62,351 nucleotides of DNA, taken from positions 1 through 62,351 of the forward strand of contig JALFNQ010000198.1 of the NCBI GenBank assembly GCA_022773965.1. The letters are read 5' to 3'. A model generated the notes under the pieces. It saw only the letters and a list, made by a program, of their open reading frames with translations. It made no database searches and was not told the DNA's origin. The stretch comes from Lachnospiraceae bacterium (GTDB lineage: Bacteria; Bacillota; Clostridia; Lachnospirales; Lachnospiraceae). Position 1 is the first letter of the stretch. Each line of letters opens with the position of its first letter. Below, in pieces: positions 1 through 10,186 of this stretch. The position numbers and the translations under genes are program-made.

Positions 1-491
1 TGGAGGAGCCGCCGAAGAAGTATTTCAGACTGTTCCCCGGCAATGAAGTGCGTCTTATGAGCGCATATTTTGTAAAATGTGTTGATTTTAAAAAGGATGA
101 GAATGGTCAGATCACAGAGATTCACTGTACCTATGACCCGGCATCTAAGGGAGGCAACAGCCCGGATGGCCGTAAGGTGAAGGGTACGATCCACTGGGTG
201 GCTGCTCCCACAGCAAAGCAGGTGACGGTCAGATTGTATGAAAATATTGTGGATGAGGATCTCGGTGTCTACAATGAGGATGGCAGCCTGAATTTAAATC
301 CGAATTCACTGACTGTACTGGAAAACTGTTATGTGGAGCCCACGCTGGCAGAGGCAAAGGCATATGACAGCTTCCAGTTTGTCCGCAACGGATTCTTCTG
401 TGCGGATTATAAGGATTCTAAAGAGGGTGCACCGGTATTCAACCGAATTGTATCTTTGAAGAGCTCATTTAAGTTGCCAAAGACAGAGTAA
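1..491 (+). CDS. glnS: Glutamine--tRNA ligase, C-terminal part (5'-truncated by window)
   Basis: Frame open from the window start: EEPPKKYFRLFPGNEVRLM...GRKVKGTIHWV...FQFVRNGFF...FNRIVSLK, typical GlnRS anticodon-binding region. Confidence 0.93.
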   Translation, partial: EEPPKKYFRLFPGNEVRLMSAYFVKCVDFKKDENGQITEIHCTYDPASKGGNSPDGRKVKGTIHWVAAPTAKQVTVRLYENIVDEDLGVYNEDGSLNLNPNSLTVLENCYVEPTLAEAKAYDSFQFVRNGFFCADYKDSKEGAPVFNRIVSLKSSFKLPKTE

Positions 492-507
492 AAAGGAGGA
501 GAATACG

Positions 508-1266
508 ATGCCTGAAAATCTCCACACAGATGAGGAGTATATTTTTGACAAAAAGATGACTTGCGTGGTGTGTGATAAACCATTTACGACCAAGGTTTTA
601 AAGTCTAACCGTGCCAGACGTCTTGGATCTGATGTAGATCTGCGCCCGCGTTATGAAAATATTGACACGCTGAAATATGGAATCTGCTCTTGCCCGAATT
701 GTGGCTACAGCGCGATGCACAGTGCATTTACCCATATTTCCCCGCGGCAGATCACGAATATTAAAGAACAGGTCTGCGTACATTTTTTGCCGGAGGATCG
801 TCGTGGCTGGACGAGCTACACCTATGATCAGGCCCTCCGCATGCATGCGATGGCGTTGCAGTGTGCGGAAGCAAAGATGGCGAAATATGGTGAAAAAGCG
901 TATCTTCACATGCTGATGGCATGGCTTTATCGTGAGAAGCAAAAAGAGGCTGAGAACATCACGATGGACGAGCTGCGCAATATGGAAGTGGAGTCCTGCC
1001 GCACGCAGGCAGATGAGCATTACATGGCTGCCTTTGAGGGCTTCCAGCAGGCGATGATGAATGAGATGTTTCCCATTATGGGTCTGAACCAGCCAACGCT
1101 GGAGTATATCATTGCTTATATGGCATTCTATTTTGGAAAGCTGGAGGTGTCCGCGAAGCTGATCGGCTCGGTGTTGACCACCTCTTCTGCATCCAGAAAT
1201 GTCAAGGATCGTGCCCTTGAACTCAAGGCTGAGATCATCAAGATATTAAAAGAACGGAAAAAATAA
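508..1266 (+). CDS. DUF2225-like protein (Zn-ribbon CxxC..CxxC plus helical region)
   Basis: AGGAG RBS; CVVC, D-x-DLRP and CPNCGY motifs as recalled for DUF2225. Confidence 0.75.
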   Translation: MPENLHTDEEYIFDKKMTCVVCDKPFTTKVLKSNRARRLGSDVDLRPRYENIDTLKYGICSCPNCGYSAMHSAFTHISPRQITNIKEQVCVHFLPEDRRGWTSYTYDQALRMHAMALQCAEAKMAKYGEKAYLHMLMAWLYREKQKEAENITMDELRNMEVESCRTQADEHYMAAFEGFQQAMMNEMFPIMGLNQPTLEYIIAYMAFYFGKLEVSAKLIGSVLTTSSASRNVKDRALELKAEIIKILKERKK

Positions 1267-1307
1267 AAGGTTGAAGAGTTTGCATTCGCATTACGGGGTA
1301 AAAGATT

Positions 1308-2714
1308 ATGAAGGAGCTTATGATTGCGCTGCAATCCGGGAAAACACCTTTATATGAGCAGATTTATCTGGCGATCAAACGTGATATTGAGGACGGTAAG
1401 ATTTCCTTTGGGGAAAAATTACCGTCCACTCGTTTATTGGCAGCAAATTTGAACGTGAGCCGCTTTACGGTAGATATCGCTTATGAACAGCTTGTATCGG
1501 AAGGATACATTCAGGCAAAGGCGGGAAGCGGCTTTTTTGTGTGCGATCTGAGCAATCTGTTTTCGGGAATCGCAGATTGCGGTGGGAGCTGTGTGCCAGA
1601 GGTGGTGCATGATAGTCAAGCCCCAAGGGCGCATATTGATTTTTCACCTTTTGCGGTGGATCCCATACATTTTCCCTACAATACGTGGAAAAAGAGAAAT
1701 CGGGAAGTGATGGACAAGACGGCAGATCTGTTGGTGGCCCGTGAGGCGATGGGAGACAGGGGACTTCGTGAAACGCTTTCCGCGTATCTTTATCACGCCA
1801 GAGGCGTTCACTGTACGCCGGATCAGATACTTGTCGGGGCGGGAAATGAGTATTTGCTGCTGCTTTTGGTACAGATTCTTGGCGGCTGTTGTTCGGTGGT
1901 CATGGAAGATCCGACCTATGTACAGGCCTACGAGGTGTTTCGGCATGCAGGCTGTCAGGTGCGCGTTGGGGCAATGGATGAGGATGGACTGATTTGTAGT
2001 GAGCTTGCGGACAATCCGGAGAATGTTGTCTATGTGATGCCGTCACATCAGTTTCCAATGGGAACGATCATGCCGCTGGGACGCAGACAGGAGCTGTTGG
2101 ACTGGGCAGAGGGAGCAGAGGGACGATACATCATTGAAGATGATCATGACAGCGAGTTTCGCTATGTGGGAATGCCGATTCCCTCGCTGCAGAGCCGGGA
2201 TCAGAAAGATTGTGTGATCTATCTTGGCACTTTTTCAAAAAGCATTTCGCCTGCGCTTCGCATGAGTTATATGGTGCTGCCGGGACATTTGAGTGAACGA
2301 TTTTACCGGCAGTTTGATTTTTATACTTCAACGGTTGCCACGGGGCAGCAGCTGGTGGTACGCGCATTTATGGAATCAGGTGACTTTGAGCGGCATTTAA
2401 ACCGTATGCGCCGGGTTTACAAGGCAAAGCATGACTTTTTATTGAAGGAACTGAAAAAGAGATCCTGGGTGCGAAAAATCCGTGGGGAAAATGCCGGGCT
2501 GCATCTGGTTGTGGAAGTGGACTGCGGGTACAGTGAAGCGGAGCTTTTGGAGCTTGCACTGGAGCGGGGCGTGCGCGTTTACGGCATGAGCAGCTATCGG
2601 ATCGGGATTGCGGCACAAGAGGAGCCTGTGACGCTGCTGCTTGGATTTGGAGGCCTGACAGAGGGTGAATTATTGGAGGGGCTGGCAGTGCTTGATGAAC
2701 TACTGTCTGCCTGA
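1308..2714 (+). CDS. MocR/GabR-family regulator (GntR HTH plus PLP-dependent aminotransferase domain)
   Basis: N-terminal LYEQIY...LPSTR.LA..L.VSR.TV..AYEQL..EGY; IIEDDHDSEF and GTFSKS motifs. Confidence 0.93.
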   Translation: MKELMIALQSGKTPLYEQIYLAIKRDIEDGKISFGEKLPSTRLLAANLNVSRFTVDIAYEQLVSEGYIQAKAGSGFFVCDLSNLFSGIADCGGSCVPEVVHDSQAPRAHIDFSPFAVDPIHFPYNTWKKRNREVMDKTADLLVAREAMGDRGLRETLSAYLYHARGVHCTPDQILVGAGNEYLLLLLVQILGGCCSVVMEDPTYVQAYEVFRHAGCQVRVGAMDEDGLICSELADNPENVVYVMPSHQFPMGTIMPLGRRQELLDWAEGAEGRYIIEDDHDSEFRYVGMPIPSLQSRDQKDCVIYLGTFSKSISPALRMSYMVLPGHLSERFYRQFDFYTSTVATGQQLVVRAFMESGDFERHLNRMRRVYKAKHDFLLKELKKRSWVRKIRGENAGLHLVVEVDCGYSEAELLELALERGVRVYGMSSYRIGIAAQEEPVTLLLGFGGLTEGELLEGLAVLDELLSA

Positions 2715-2747
2715 CAGTGGTCTTAAGCATGGTGAGGAGAAAAGAAA

Positions 2748-3437
2748 ATGGTAAAAGATATTTTATTTGATCTGGATGATACATTGTTTGATTTTCATGC
2801 CGATGAGCGTGTTGCACTGGAAAAAACTTTTGCTTCACTGAACATTCCCATCAATGATGCGGTGTGCGAACGCTACAGCGTGCTCAATCTGGCTCAGTGG
2901 AAGGCACTGGAGCGGGGAGAGATCAACCGTGATCAGGTGAAGCTGCGACGGTTTGAATTGTTGTTTGATGAGCTTGGATACAGGGTGGAGCAGGCCAAAA
3001 AGGCGGCTTCTATCTATCATAAGTATCTGGCGGAGGATTTTCATTATATGGAAGGGGCTAAACAGCTTTTAGAGGAGCTGAATGGAAAGTACCGCCTGTT
3101 TCTTGTCTCAAATGGCACCTTGTCCGTACAGGAGGGACGTTTGAAAAAGTCAGGTATCGGGTGCTATTTTGCGGGTATTTTTATTTCTGAGTTGTTAGGT
3201 GCAGAAAAGCCCAGTCGTCGTTTTTTTGAACTGGCATTTGCACAAATACCCGATTTTGATGTTTCCCAGGCAGTTATTGTAGGTGATTCCCTGACATCGG
3301 ATATCAGAGGAGGTATCAATGCCGGTGTGCGGACCATCTGGTTTAATCCGAAGGGACAGCCTCCGGTGCCCGGGATTGTTGCAGATTATGAGCTTCAAAA
3401 ATTAAAAGATTTGCCGGAATTGTTGCAGAAATTATAG
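2748..3437 (+). CDS. YjjG-family HAD pyrimidine nucleotidase
   Basis: FDLDDTL motif I, SNG, EKP, VGDSLTSDI. Confidence 0.88.
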   Translation: MVKDILFDLDDTLFDFHADERVALEKTFASLNIPINDAVCERYSVLNLAQWKALERGEINRDQVKLRRFELLFDELGYRVEQAKKAASIYHKYLAEDFHYMEGAKQLLEELNGKYRLFLVSNGTLSVQEGRLKKSGIGCYFAGIFISELLGAEKPSRRFFELAFAQIPDFDVSQAVIVGDSLTSDIRGGINAGVRTIWFNPKGQPPVPGIVADYELQKLKDLPELLQKL

Positions 3438-3576
3438 GTTTTATGCTACAATCAACTATACGTGTCGCTTCACCGTGAAAAAGCAGTGAAGTTTTGTTGC
3501 TGAAACGAGGCGGGTAAGCAGTAACGAAGTTTTGCGGAAAGCAACACAAAAAAATGAAGAAAAAGGAGTAAAAGTT

Positions 3577-5115
3577 ATGTCTGAGAAGAAACGAAGTACA
3601 TGGGCAACCCGTGGCACCTTTATTCTGGCTGCTATCGGATCTGCCGTAGGACTTGGCAATGCGTGGAGATTTCCGGGGCTGGCTGCAAAGCATGGTGGCG
3701 GAACATTTCTGCTTGTCTATTTAGTAGCAATGTTTGTGATGGGTCTGCCGCTTTTGATGATGGAGATCAGCATTGCAAGAAAGCTTCATAAGGGTGCCGG
3801 AGAGTGTATGCGCGGTGTCAGCAAAAAGATGGAGTTTGTTGGCTGGTCTGCGACTGCAAATGCATTTGTCATTGTTACATATTATTCCGTTGTATTCGCA
3901 TGGGTGCTGATGATGATTTTTGGCGCATTAAAGTTTGTGGGTATGACCGGAGATTCCGAGGCAGCAAGCAATGTGTTTGCAAACCTGACACAGACCACAT
4001 GGAATGTTCCAACGGCACTGTCTGACTGGGGGATCCCGATTCCGGTGCTGATCGCGCTTGTTGTGGCATGGCTGCTCATGTATTACTGTATTCGTGACGG
4101 TGCCCAGTCTGTGGGAAAGGTCGTAAAATATACTGTATTTTTACCGATCATCTTACTGCTGATCATGGCTGTCAAGGGATGTACGATGTCTGGTGCCGGA
4201 GAGGGTCTGGCAAGATTTTTTATCCCCCAGATGGCCGCATTTAAGGATCCCAGCCTCTGGATTGATGCCATCGGTCAGGTATTCTACAGCCTGTCTATCT
4301 GTATGGCGATCATGTTTGCATACGGCTCTTATCTGGAGGAGGATACAAATGTAGCTGTGGATTGTACGATCATTGCTGTTGGTGATGCAGCAGTCAGCAT
4401 TTTATCCGGTATTGTAATGTTCTCAACCATGGGCGGTGTTGGCATGCTGGACAATATTTCTGCATCCGGTATCGCGACTGCGTTTATCATTTATCCGCAG
4501 GCAATTGTGAACCTGACAAGTGTGGGCTGGTTCAATGCGCTGTTCGGCATCATTTTCTATCTGATGCTCGTAACACTTGCCATTGATTCTGCTTTCTCTA
4601 TCGTTGAGGGTGTATCTACCTCACTTGCAGATAAGTTCCACACAGATCATAAGAAGATGACACGTGCCATCTGCCTCGTAGCAGCAGTGATCTCATTACT
4701 ATATGCGACACGGGCTGGTCTGGCATGGCTGGATATCGTGGACAACTGGACGAATCAGGTAAATCTGATCCTGATCGGTGTGCTGGAATGTGTGGCAGTT
4801 GGCTGGTGCTTTAGCACAGATAAGGTTGTAAAAGAGATCAACCGCAATACGACAGGCTATCGTATGCCTGCAAAGTGGTTCCATATTTCTATTAAATACA
4901 TTTCGCCGGCGCTTTTAACGATTTTGTTCTGCTGGAACATGTATGACCTGTTTGTATTAAAGGGCGGCGTGTACGGATATACCGTATGGGCTGAGTTACT
5001 TGCCGGATGGATCGTTTCTATTCTGGTATTTACGAGTGGTATCTGGATTCGTCTGATCGTGAAGAACAAAGAAAAGAAGGGCTTCAAAGAGACAGAAGTT
5101 ATCTGGAAGGATTGA
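3577..5115 (+). CDS. Sodium-dependent transporter, NSS/SNF family
   Basis: AIGSAVGLGNAWRFP signature; multiple TM segments; start moved to ATG 3577 after AAGGAG. Confidence 0.93.
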   Translation: MSEKKRSTWATRGTFILAAIGSAVGLGNAWRFPGLAAKHGGGTFLLVYLVAMFVMGLPLLMMEISIARKLHKGAGECMRGVSKKMEFVGWSATANAFVIVTYYSVVFAWVLMMIFGALKFVGMTGDSEAASNVFANLTQTTWNVPTALSDWGIPIPVLIALVVAWLLMYYCIRDGAQSVGKVVKYTVFLPIILLLIMAVKGCTMSGAGEGLARFFIPQMAAFKDPSLWIDAIGQVFYSLSICMAIMFAYGSYLEEDTNVAVDCTIIAVGDAAVSILSGIVMFSTMGGVGMLDNISASGIATAFIIYPQAIVNLTSVGWFNALFGIIFYLMLVTLAIDSAFSIVEGVSTSLADKFHTDHKKMTRAICLVAAVISLLYATRAGLAWLDIVDNWTNQVNLILIGVLECVAVGWCFSTDKVVKEINRNTTGYRMPAKWFHISIKYISPALLTILFCWNMYDLFVLKGGVYGYTVWAELLAGWIVSILVFTSGIWIRLIVKNKEKKGFKETEVIWKD

Positions 5116-5128
5116 GAAAAAGATTCAT

Positions 5129-5170
5129 AAAGAAAAACGAGACGCATGCATGTGTCTCGTTTTTCTTTTC
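5129..5170. terminator. Bidirectional intrinsic terminator between convergent genes
   Basis: AAGAAAAACGAGAC...GTCTCGTTTTTCTT inverted repeat with A and T tracts. Confidence 0.85.
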
Positions 5171-5183
5171 TCATATTTTAGTT

Positions 5184-6926
5184 TTAGTTGAAGCTCTTTA
5201 CCCAGTTGATCAGAGAATCATGATAAACATTGTTTTCTACATCACGTCTCATCTGGTCAGTAACCGGGCCTTTTTTCTCCATGATGGCAAGGATCGCTTC
5301 CTGGAGTCCTGCGATCTTTCCTCGCTCAAAGGAATCACGCTCAGCGTCAGATGTGGAAGTATTGGCAGGAGCGGACTGCGGTTCGGGAGCCGGAGTCTCT
5401 GTGGCTGCCGGAGCTTCTGGCTGAACTTTTGCAGATGCAGGCTGTGCTTCAGGAGCAACGGTCTTAGCCTCTGCCTGTGCAGGTGCTTCAGCCTGTTCAT
5501 TTCCGGTAGGAACATCCTTGACGGCATCGTTTACATTTAATTCAACTGCGGATTCATTGAATGTGTCTGGTGTGGCATCTGTGACAGGCAGCCAGATCTC
5601 ACCGGAATTTGCTCCAACCGTTACATGGATCTGTCCGTTTTCTACATTGACACGGTTGCCGGAGAGTGCACCCACATAAGCAGTACATCCGGAGGCAGCC
5701 AGATGGAAATCAGCAGAATTGTCATCGTTGTTGACTGCAACGAGTGCAGATGTTCCGTTTAATTCTCTTGCAAACGCATACTGGCGGTTGGTTAAAAGCA
5801 ACTCACGGTAGGCACCGTAGGAGAGCTCGGGAGAACTCTGGCGTGCTTTGCCAAGGGCAGCGATCAGCTTTGTGAAAGAATTTGTCTCTAATGCGTTTGC
5901 ATAATCCTCGTATTTCAGCGCAGGACGCAGGGATGCATCAGAAAACTTCTCCTTTCTTCCCTCGATACCGAACTCAGAGCCATAATAGATGGAAGGCACA
6001 CCCGGTAAGGTATAGAGCAGCACATGAACAGGGGTAAAATGCGCCTTATTATTCAGTTTGGTGTAGATACGCTCTACATCATGATTGTCAACGAAATTGT
6101 ACAGCTTCAGACCATCGGGACGGTTGCCGCCCATCTCGTAGAGACGTTTTACAGTGTGTGCGATCTCAAAATAGTTGTGATCATTATGGCCGGAGTAGAG
6201 TGCCTTGTGCAGTGCATAGTTTGTAACTGCATGCAGAGTATCTCCATTGACCCAGCGGGTGTAATCGCCGTGAATGACCTCGCCCATGAGCCAGAAATCG
6301 GGTTTTACCTCATTTGCGACAGCGCGAAGCATGTGCATATAGTCAAAATCCAGAACATCGGCAGCATCTAAGCGGATGCCATCTACATCAAATTCGCTGA
6401 CCCAGAAACGGATCACATCGCAGATATAATTTTTCACATCAGGGTTGTGCTGATTCAGCTTTACAAGCAGATTGTAGCCGCCCCAGTTCTCGTAGCAAAA
6501 GCCGTCATTGTATTCATTGTTTCCGCCAAAGTTCACATTGCAGAACCAGTCGCGGTAGGGTGAGCTCTCACGGTTTGCCTGCAGATCCTTAAATGCAAAG
6601 AAATCGCGGCCGACATGGTTGAACACACCGTCAAAGATGACCTTGATGCCCTGTGCGTGGCATTCCTTTACGAAGTTTGTAAGGTCTGCGTTGTCACCTA
6701 AACGGCTGTCAAGTTTCTTGTAATCAGTCGTCTCATAGCCGTGTCCAACGGACTCGAAGAGCGGTCCGATATAGATCGCGTTGCAGCCGATCTTTTTGAT
6801 GTGACCGATCCAGGGAAGTGCCTCATTTAATCGGTGTACCGGTGCCGCATAAGTGTTTTCTTTCGGTGCATCACACAGTCCTAAGGGGTAGATATGATAA
6901 AAAATCGCTTCATCGTACCAAGCCAT
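5184..6926 (-). CDS. GH13 alpha-amylase family glycoside hydrolase (neopullulanase/cyclomaltodextrinase-like) with Ala/Pro/Glu-rich linker and small C-terminal module
   Basis: DGVFNH, GIRLDAA, LMGEVI and FVDNHD conserved regions; GGAGGA RBS on the minus strand. Confidence 0.92.
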   Translation of the reverse strand: MAWYDEAIFYHIYPLGLCDAPKENTYAAPVHRLNEALPWIGHIKKIGCNAIYIGPLFESVGHGYETTDYKKLDSRLGDNADLTNFVKECHAQGIKVIFDGVFNHVGRDFFAFKDLQANRESSPYRDWFCNVNFGGNNEYNDGFCYENWGGYNLLVKLNQHNPDVKNYICDVIRFWVSEFDVDGIRLDAADVLDFDYMHMLRAVANEVKPDFWLMGEVIHGDYTRWVNGDTLHAVTNYALHKALYSGHNDHNYFEIAHTVKRLYEMGGNRPDGLKLYNFVDNHDVERIYTKLNNKAHFTPVHVLLYTLPGVPSIYYGSEFGIEGRKEKFSDASLRPALKYEDYANALETNSFTKLIAALGKARQSSPELSYGAYRELLLTNRQYAFARELNGTSALVAVNNDDNSADFHLAASGCTAYVGALSGNRVNVENGQIHVTVGANSGEIWLPVTDATPDTFNESAVELNVNDAVKDVPTGNEQAEAPAQAEAKTVAPEAQPASAKVQPEAPAATETPAPEPQSAPANTSTSDAERDSFERGKIAGLQEAILAIMEKKGPVTDQMRRDVENNVYHDSLINWVKSFN

Positions 6927-7055
6927 AACATGTTCCTCCTCTTTATTGTTGACATAAAACGTTATATATTATATCTTATTTTGTTAGTGAATGCAAATTT
7001 TATTAGTTTAAAAATATTATGAAATGTGTTATGATGGCAAAAGAGGGGTGATATT

Positions 7056-7496
7056 ATGCATGTCAATAAGAGAATTTTAAAGGATGTTCTGGACAGTCTT
7101 TCCGTTTTTCTGGTAGCGTTTTTTTTATTTATCGGCGTAATTGCGCTGTTGTGTGTATTTGGCGGTGAGGTCATGCGCGTCTTTGGCTTCCGGTACAGTT
7201 CAGTGCGCAGTGTGATGGGATTTTTTATATTCGGTGCGATTATTTCATGGCCCATCAGCCTGGCAGCGGAAGCGATTCCTAAGGTGCTCTGCTTCGATAA
7301 GAAGGTACTCAAGAAATGGCAGGCGGTCATTGTGTACATTGCACTGGCTACTTTTGCCACTTCTGTTGGACTTTTTGTGGTGGATTCGTATACGACAAAG
7401 GTGGTGGCAAACAGACCCTCGATCATCGTGGTGTCATTGCTGCTGGCCCTGTGTAACAGTTATTCGATCATCGTGAGCAGACCGGAGAATACGTAG
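7056..7496 (+). CDS. Small multi-TM membrane protein, YrvL-like
   Basis: About 4 hydrophobic segments; VMRVFGFRYSS...FFIFGAI pattern resembles YrvL family from memory. Confidence 0.6.
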   Translation: MHVNKRILKDVLDSLSVFLVAFFLFIGVIALLCVFGGEVMRVFGFRYSSVRSVMGFFIFGAIISWPISLAAEAIPKVLCFDKKVLKKWQAVIVYIALATFATSVGLFVVDSYTTKVVANRPSIIVVSLLLALCNSYSIIVSRPENT

Positions 7497-7554
7497 TTAC
7501 TTCATCCGTCATCAGTCAGGAACGGAATAGAATTAAGTTGAGAGAGGTCAGAAG

Positions 7555-8172
7555 ATGAATAAGATTCGAGTAGTCGGTGTTGCTGGAGGTTCTGCTTCTG
7601 GTAAGACAACGATCGTAAAAAAGATACAGGAATATTTTGGAGAGGATATCGTGGTGCTGGGTCATGATAGCTATTACAAGGCGCATGACGATATGGACTA
7701 TGATGCCCGCTCGCAGCTCAACTATGATCATCCCAATGCGTTTGATACAGTACGCATGGTGGAGGATGTGAAAAAACTCATCAAGGGTCAGGCGGTAGAC
7801 ATTCCGGTCTATGATTACACGATTCATAATCGTTCGGAGCAGACTGAGCATATTGAGCCGAAAAAGCTGATCATCATTGAGGGATTTTTGATTTTGGAGA
7901 ATAAGGAGCTGCGTGATCTCATGGATGCAAAGATTTTCGTGGATGCAGATGCAGATGAGCGTCTGATGCGCCGGATCCGCAGAGATACGGTGGAGCGTGC
8001 ACGCAGTGTCACTTCCATTCTGAATCAGTATGAGGCAACGGTAAAGCCCATGTATGAGGCATTTGTGGAACCCTCTAAGCGCTATGCAGATGTGATCATC
8101 CCAAGAGGCGGAGAAAATACGATCGCAGTCACGATGTTAAAGGAATATTTAAAGCATCTTCTGGCGGAGTGA
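7555..8172 (+). CDS. udk: Uridine kinase
   Basis: GVAGGSASGKTT, DSYYK, NYDHP.AFD, EPSKRYAD.IIP.GG.N. Confidence 0.95.
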   Translation: MNKIRVVGVAGGSASGKTTIVKKIQEYFGEDIVVLGHDSYYKAHDDMDYDARSQLNYDHPNAFDTVRMVEDVKKLIKGQAVDIPVYDYTIHNRSEQTEHIEPKKLIIIEGFLILENKELRDLMDAKIFVDADADERLMRRIRRDTVERARSVTSILNQYEATVKPMYEAFVEPSKRYADVIIPRGGENTIAVTMLKEYLKHLLAE

Positions 8173-8229
8173 TCCTGGGAGGACACGTGGTTGAGCAGGT
8201 TTTGATCAGCTATGAAAAAATATGATTTT

Positions 8230-8262
8230 AGACTTCTGTCGAATCCGACAGGAGTCTTTTTT
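8230..8262 (+). terminator. Intrinsic terminator after udk
   Basis: AGACTTCTGTCG-AATC-CGACAGGAGTCT followed by a T tract. Confidence 0.8.
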
Positions 8263-8331
8263 GTTACTTTTCACACAGTAGCCAGCATTTACTGCGGGCT
8301 ACGTGCCATAAACGTACATGAGCCATGAATT
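8263..8331 (+). repeat. Structured dispersed repeat, type A, 5' half (truncated copy)
   Basis: GTTACTTTTCACACAGTAGCCAGCATTTACTGCGGGCTACGTG is identical to the start of the copy at 30036. Confidence 0.9.
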
Positions 8332-8361
8332 AATTTCTACGTAAAAAATAAAACTTTTCTA

Positions 8362-8390
8362 TTGACAAATGCTGGATGGAGTAGTAAGTT
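8362..8390 (+). promoter_or_regulatory. Sigma-A promoter of the trp leader
   Basis: TTGACA-17 nt-TAAGTT just upstream of the T-box. Confidence 0.65.
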
Positions 8391-8419
8391 AAGTTTAGTT
8401 AGAAAAACGAATAAACAAA

Positions 8420-8741
8420 ATCGATGACCAAAAGGAGTACCGTAATTCGATTCTGCACAGAGAGCCGGGATGGTGAGAAACGGCGAGATAGTTTTTCGGG
8501 AATGGATTTGCGAGATGCAAAGCGAAAGTTAGTAGCGGATGCCGTGACCTCACGTTACAGGGGAAAGATATCGAGAGCAGGACTCTCCGTATCGGATTGA
8601 GAAAAGTAGAATTGGTGGCTGATATTCCGATTGGAATATCAGCTTTTTGTTTTATAAGACCATGATAAACTTTTGAAAAAGGGTGGCACCACGGTAAATA
8701 TCGTCCCTGACGCGAAGGATCTTCGCGTCAGGGACTTTTTT
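8420..8741 (+). promoter_or_regulatory. T-box riboswitch with Trp specifier
   Basis: AGAGA and GGTGAGA boxes in stem I; specifier GAA-TGG-A (TGG at 8503-8505); T-box AAGGGTGGCACCACGG near 8679-8694; terminator GTCCCTGACGCGAAG/CTTCGCGTCAGGGAC plus T tract at 8703-8741. Confidence 0.93.
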
Positions 8742-8770
8742 CATTGAAAAACAGAAGGGAGATCACAGAC

Positions 8771-10186
8771 ATGGAAAAAAGAGTTTTACGCCTTTATAAG
8801 AAGACAGTCAGCATCGTCAACGAGACACCGATCAACATGTACGAACAGCTGGTGGGAAAGAAAAAGGGATTTTTATTAGAGTCCTACGATAAAAACTATG
8901 ACCGCTATACCTTTTTCGGCCCGGAACCGGAGGAGATCATCGCATCGAGAGGAAATGCGCTGGTGATCACAAAAGCGGATGGCACGGAGGAAGTGCTGGA
9001 GGGCAATCCCTGTGAGCTTCTGAAGGAATATTACAGCAGTTTTGAAATCCGCAAGGACAATCAGGAGCTGGCATTTACCGGTGGACTGGTTGGAAATCTC
9101 GGCTATGATTTTGTGCGATATACGGAGACGCTTCCGGATGATAACCCGGATACGATCGGCATTGAGACCGTCCAGATGATGCTCATGACACATTTCATTC
9201 TGGTGGATCATGTGGCAGAGACACTGACTGCTATCGTTCTGGAAGAGGACAGCGAGGCGGGAAAAACAAGAGCACTGGCATATGCAAATGATATGATCAC
9301 AGCCTGCCGCGCTGCAGGAAATGGCCCGATCAAAAAGAATTTTCACCATGATGGAAAAATTATCGCACAGTCCGATACGTTGGAGCAGTACAGCGAAAAG
9401 GTAGAAAAGATCAGGCATTATATCCGCGAGGGTCATGTGTTCCAGACGGTATTATCCCAGCGTTGGACCATCGAGACCGGTCAGGAGGGGTTTGAATTGT
9501 ACAAGGAGCTGCGTGAGTTAAACCCGTCCCCCTATCTGTATTACTTTAATTATGGTGATTTTGAGGTGATCGGAAGCTCGCCGGAGATGATTGTGAAGCA
9601 GCAGGGAGATCACGTGTTTACCTGTCCGATCGCAGGCACACGCCGCAGAGGCGCAGATGCGCAGGAGGATGCGCTGCTCAAGGATGATCTCTTACAGGAC
9701 GAAAAGGAACGTGCAGAGCACGTGATGCTCGTAGATCTGGCTCGCAATGATATGGGTCGTATCTCAGAATTTGGAACGGTCAAGGTGACAAAGTTCATGG
9801 AAGTGCAGAATTATTCCCATGTGATGCACATCGTGTCTATGGTAGAGGGCAGAAAAAAAGGAGAGTTTCATCCGCTGGATCTTGTTTCAAGCTTTTTGCC
9901 GGCAGGAACCCTTTCCGGGGCACCGAAGATCCGGGCGATGGAGATCATCGATGAGCTGGAATCACAGCGCAGAGGCTTGTACGGCGGTGCAACCGGATAT
10001 ATCGATTTTGGCGGAAACATGGATTTTTGTATCACGATCCGCACGATGGTGAAAAAAGGAAATAACGTCTACTTACAGGCGGGAGCCGGTATCGTGGCAG
10101 ATTCAGTTCCGGAAAACGAATACAAGGAGTGCTGCAACAAGGTCATGGCGCTGGCAAAGACGCTGGTAGAGGAGGAAAACTTATGA
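8771..10186 (+). CDS. trpE: Anthranilate synthase component I
   Basis: FLLES, NPSPY, SSPE, PIAGT, KERAEH.MLVDLARND, GTLSGAPK; ATG 8771 after GGGAG. Confidence 0.95.
   Translation: MEKRVLRLYKKTVSIVNETPINMYEQLVGKKKGFLLESYDKNYDRYTFFGPEPEEIIASRGNALVITKADGTEEVLEGNPCELLKEYYSSFEIRKDNQELAFTGGLVGNLGYDFVRYTETLPDDNPDTIGIETVQMMLMTHFILVDHVAETLTAIVLEEDSEAGKTRALAYANDMITACRAAGNGPIKKNFHHDGKIIAQSDTLEQYSEKVEKIRHYIREGHVFQTVLSQRWTIETGQEGFELYKELRELNPSPYLYYFNYGDFEVIGSSPEMIVKQQGDHVFTCPIAGTRRRGADAQEDALLKDDLLQDEKERAEHVMLVDLARNDMGRISEFGTVKVTKFMEVQNYSHVMHIVSMVEGRKKGEFHPLDLVSSFLPAGTLSGAPKIRAMEIIDELESQRRGLYGGATGYIDFGGNMDFCITIRTMVKKGNNVYLQAGAGIVADSVPENEYKECCNKVMALAKTLVEEENL

Noticed and set aside
1-491. GlnRS in a Firmicute as an anomaly
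   Set aside because: GlnRS is common in Clostridia
3440-3576. Riboswitch upstream of the NSS transporter
   Set aside because: No T-box, SAM, lysine or glycine riboswitch core or terminator recognised; AAGCAGTAAC is too short to call a repeat end
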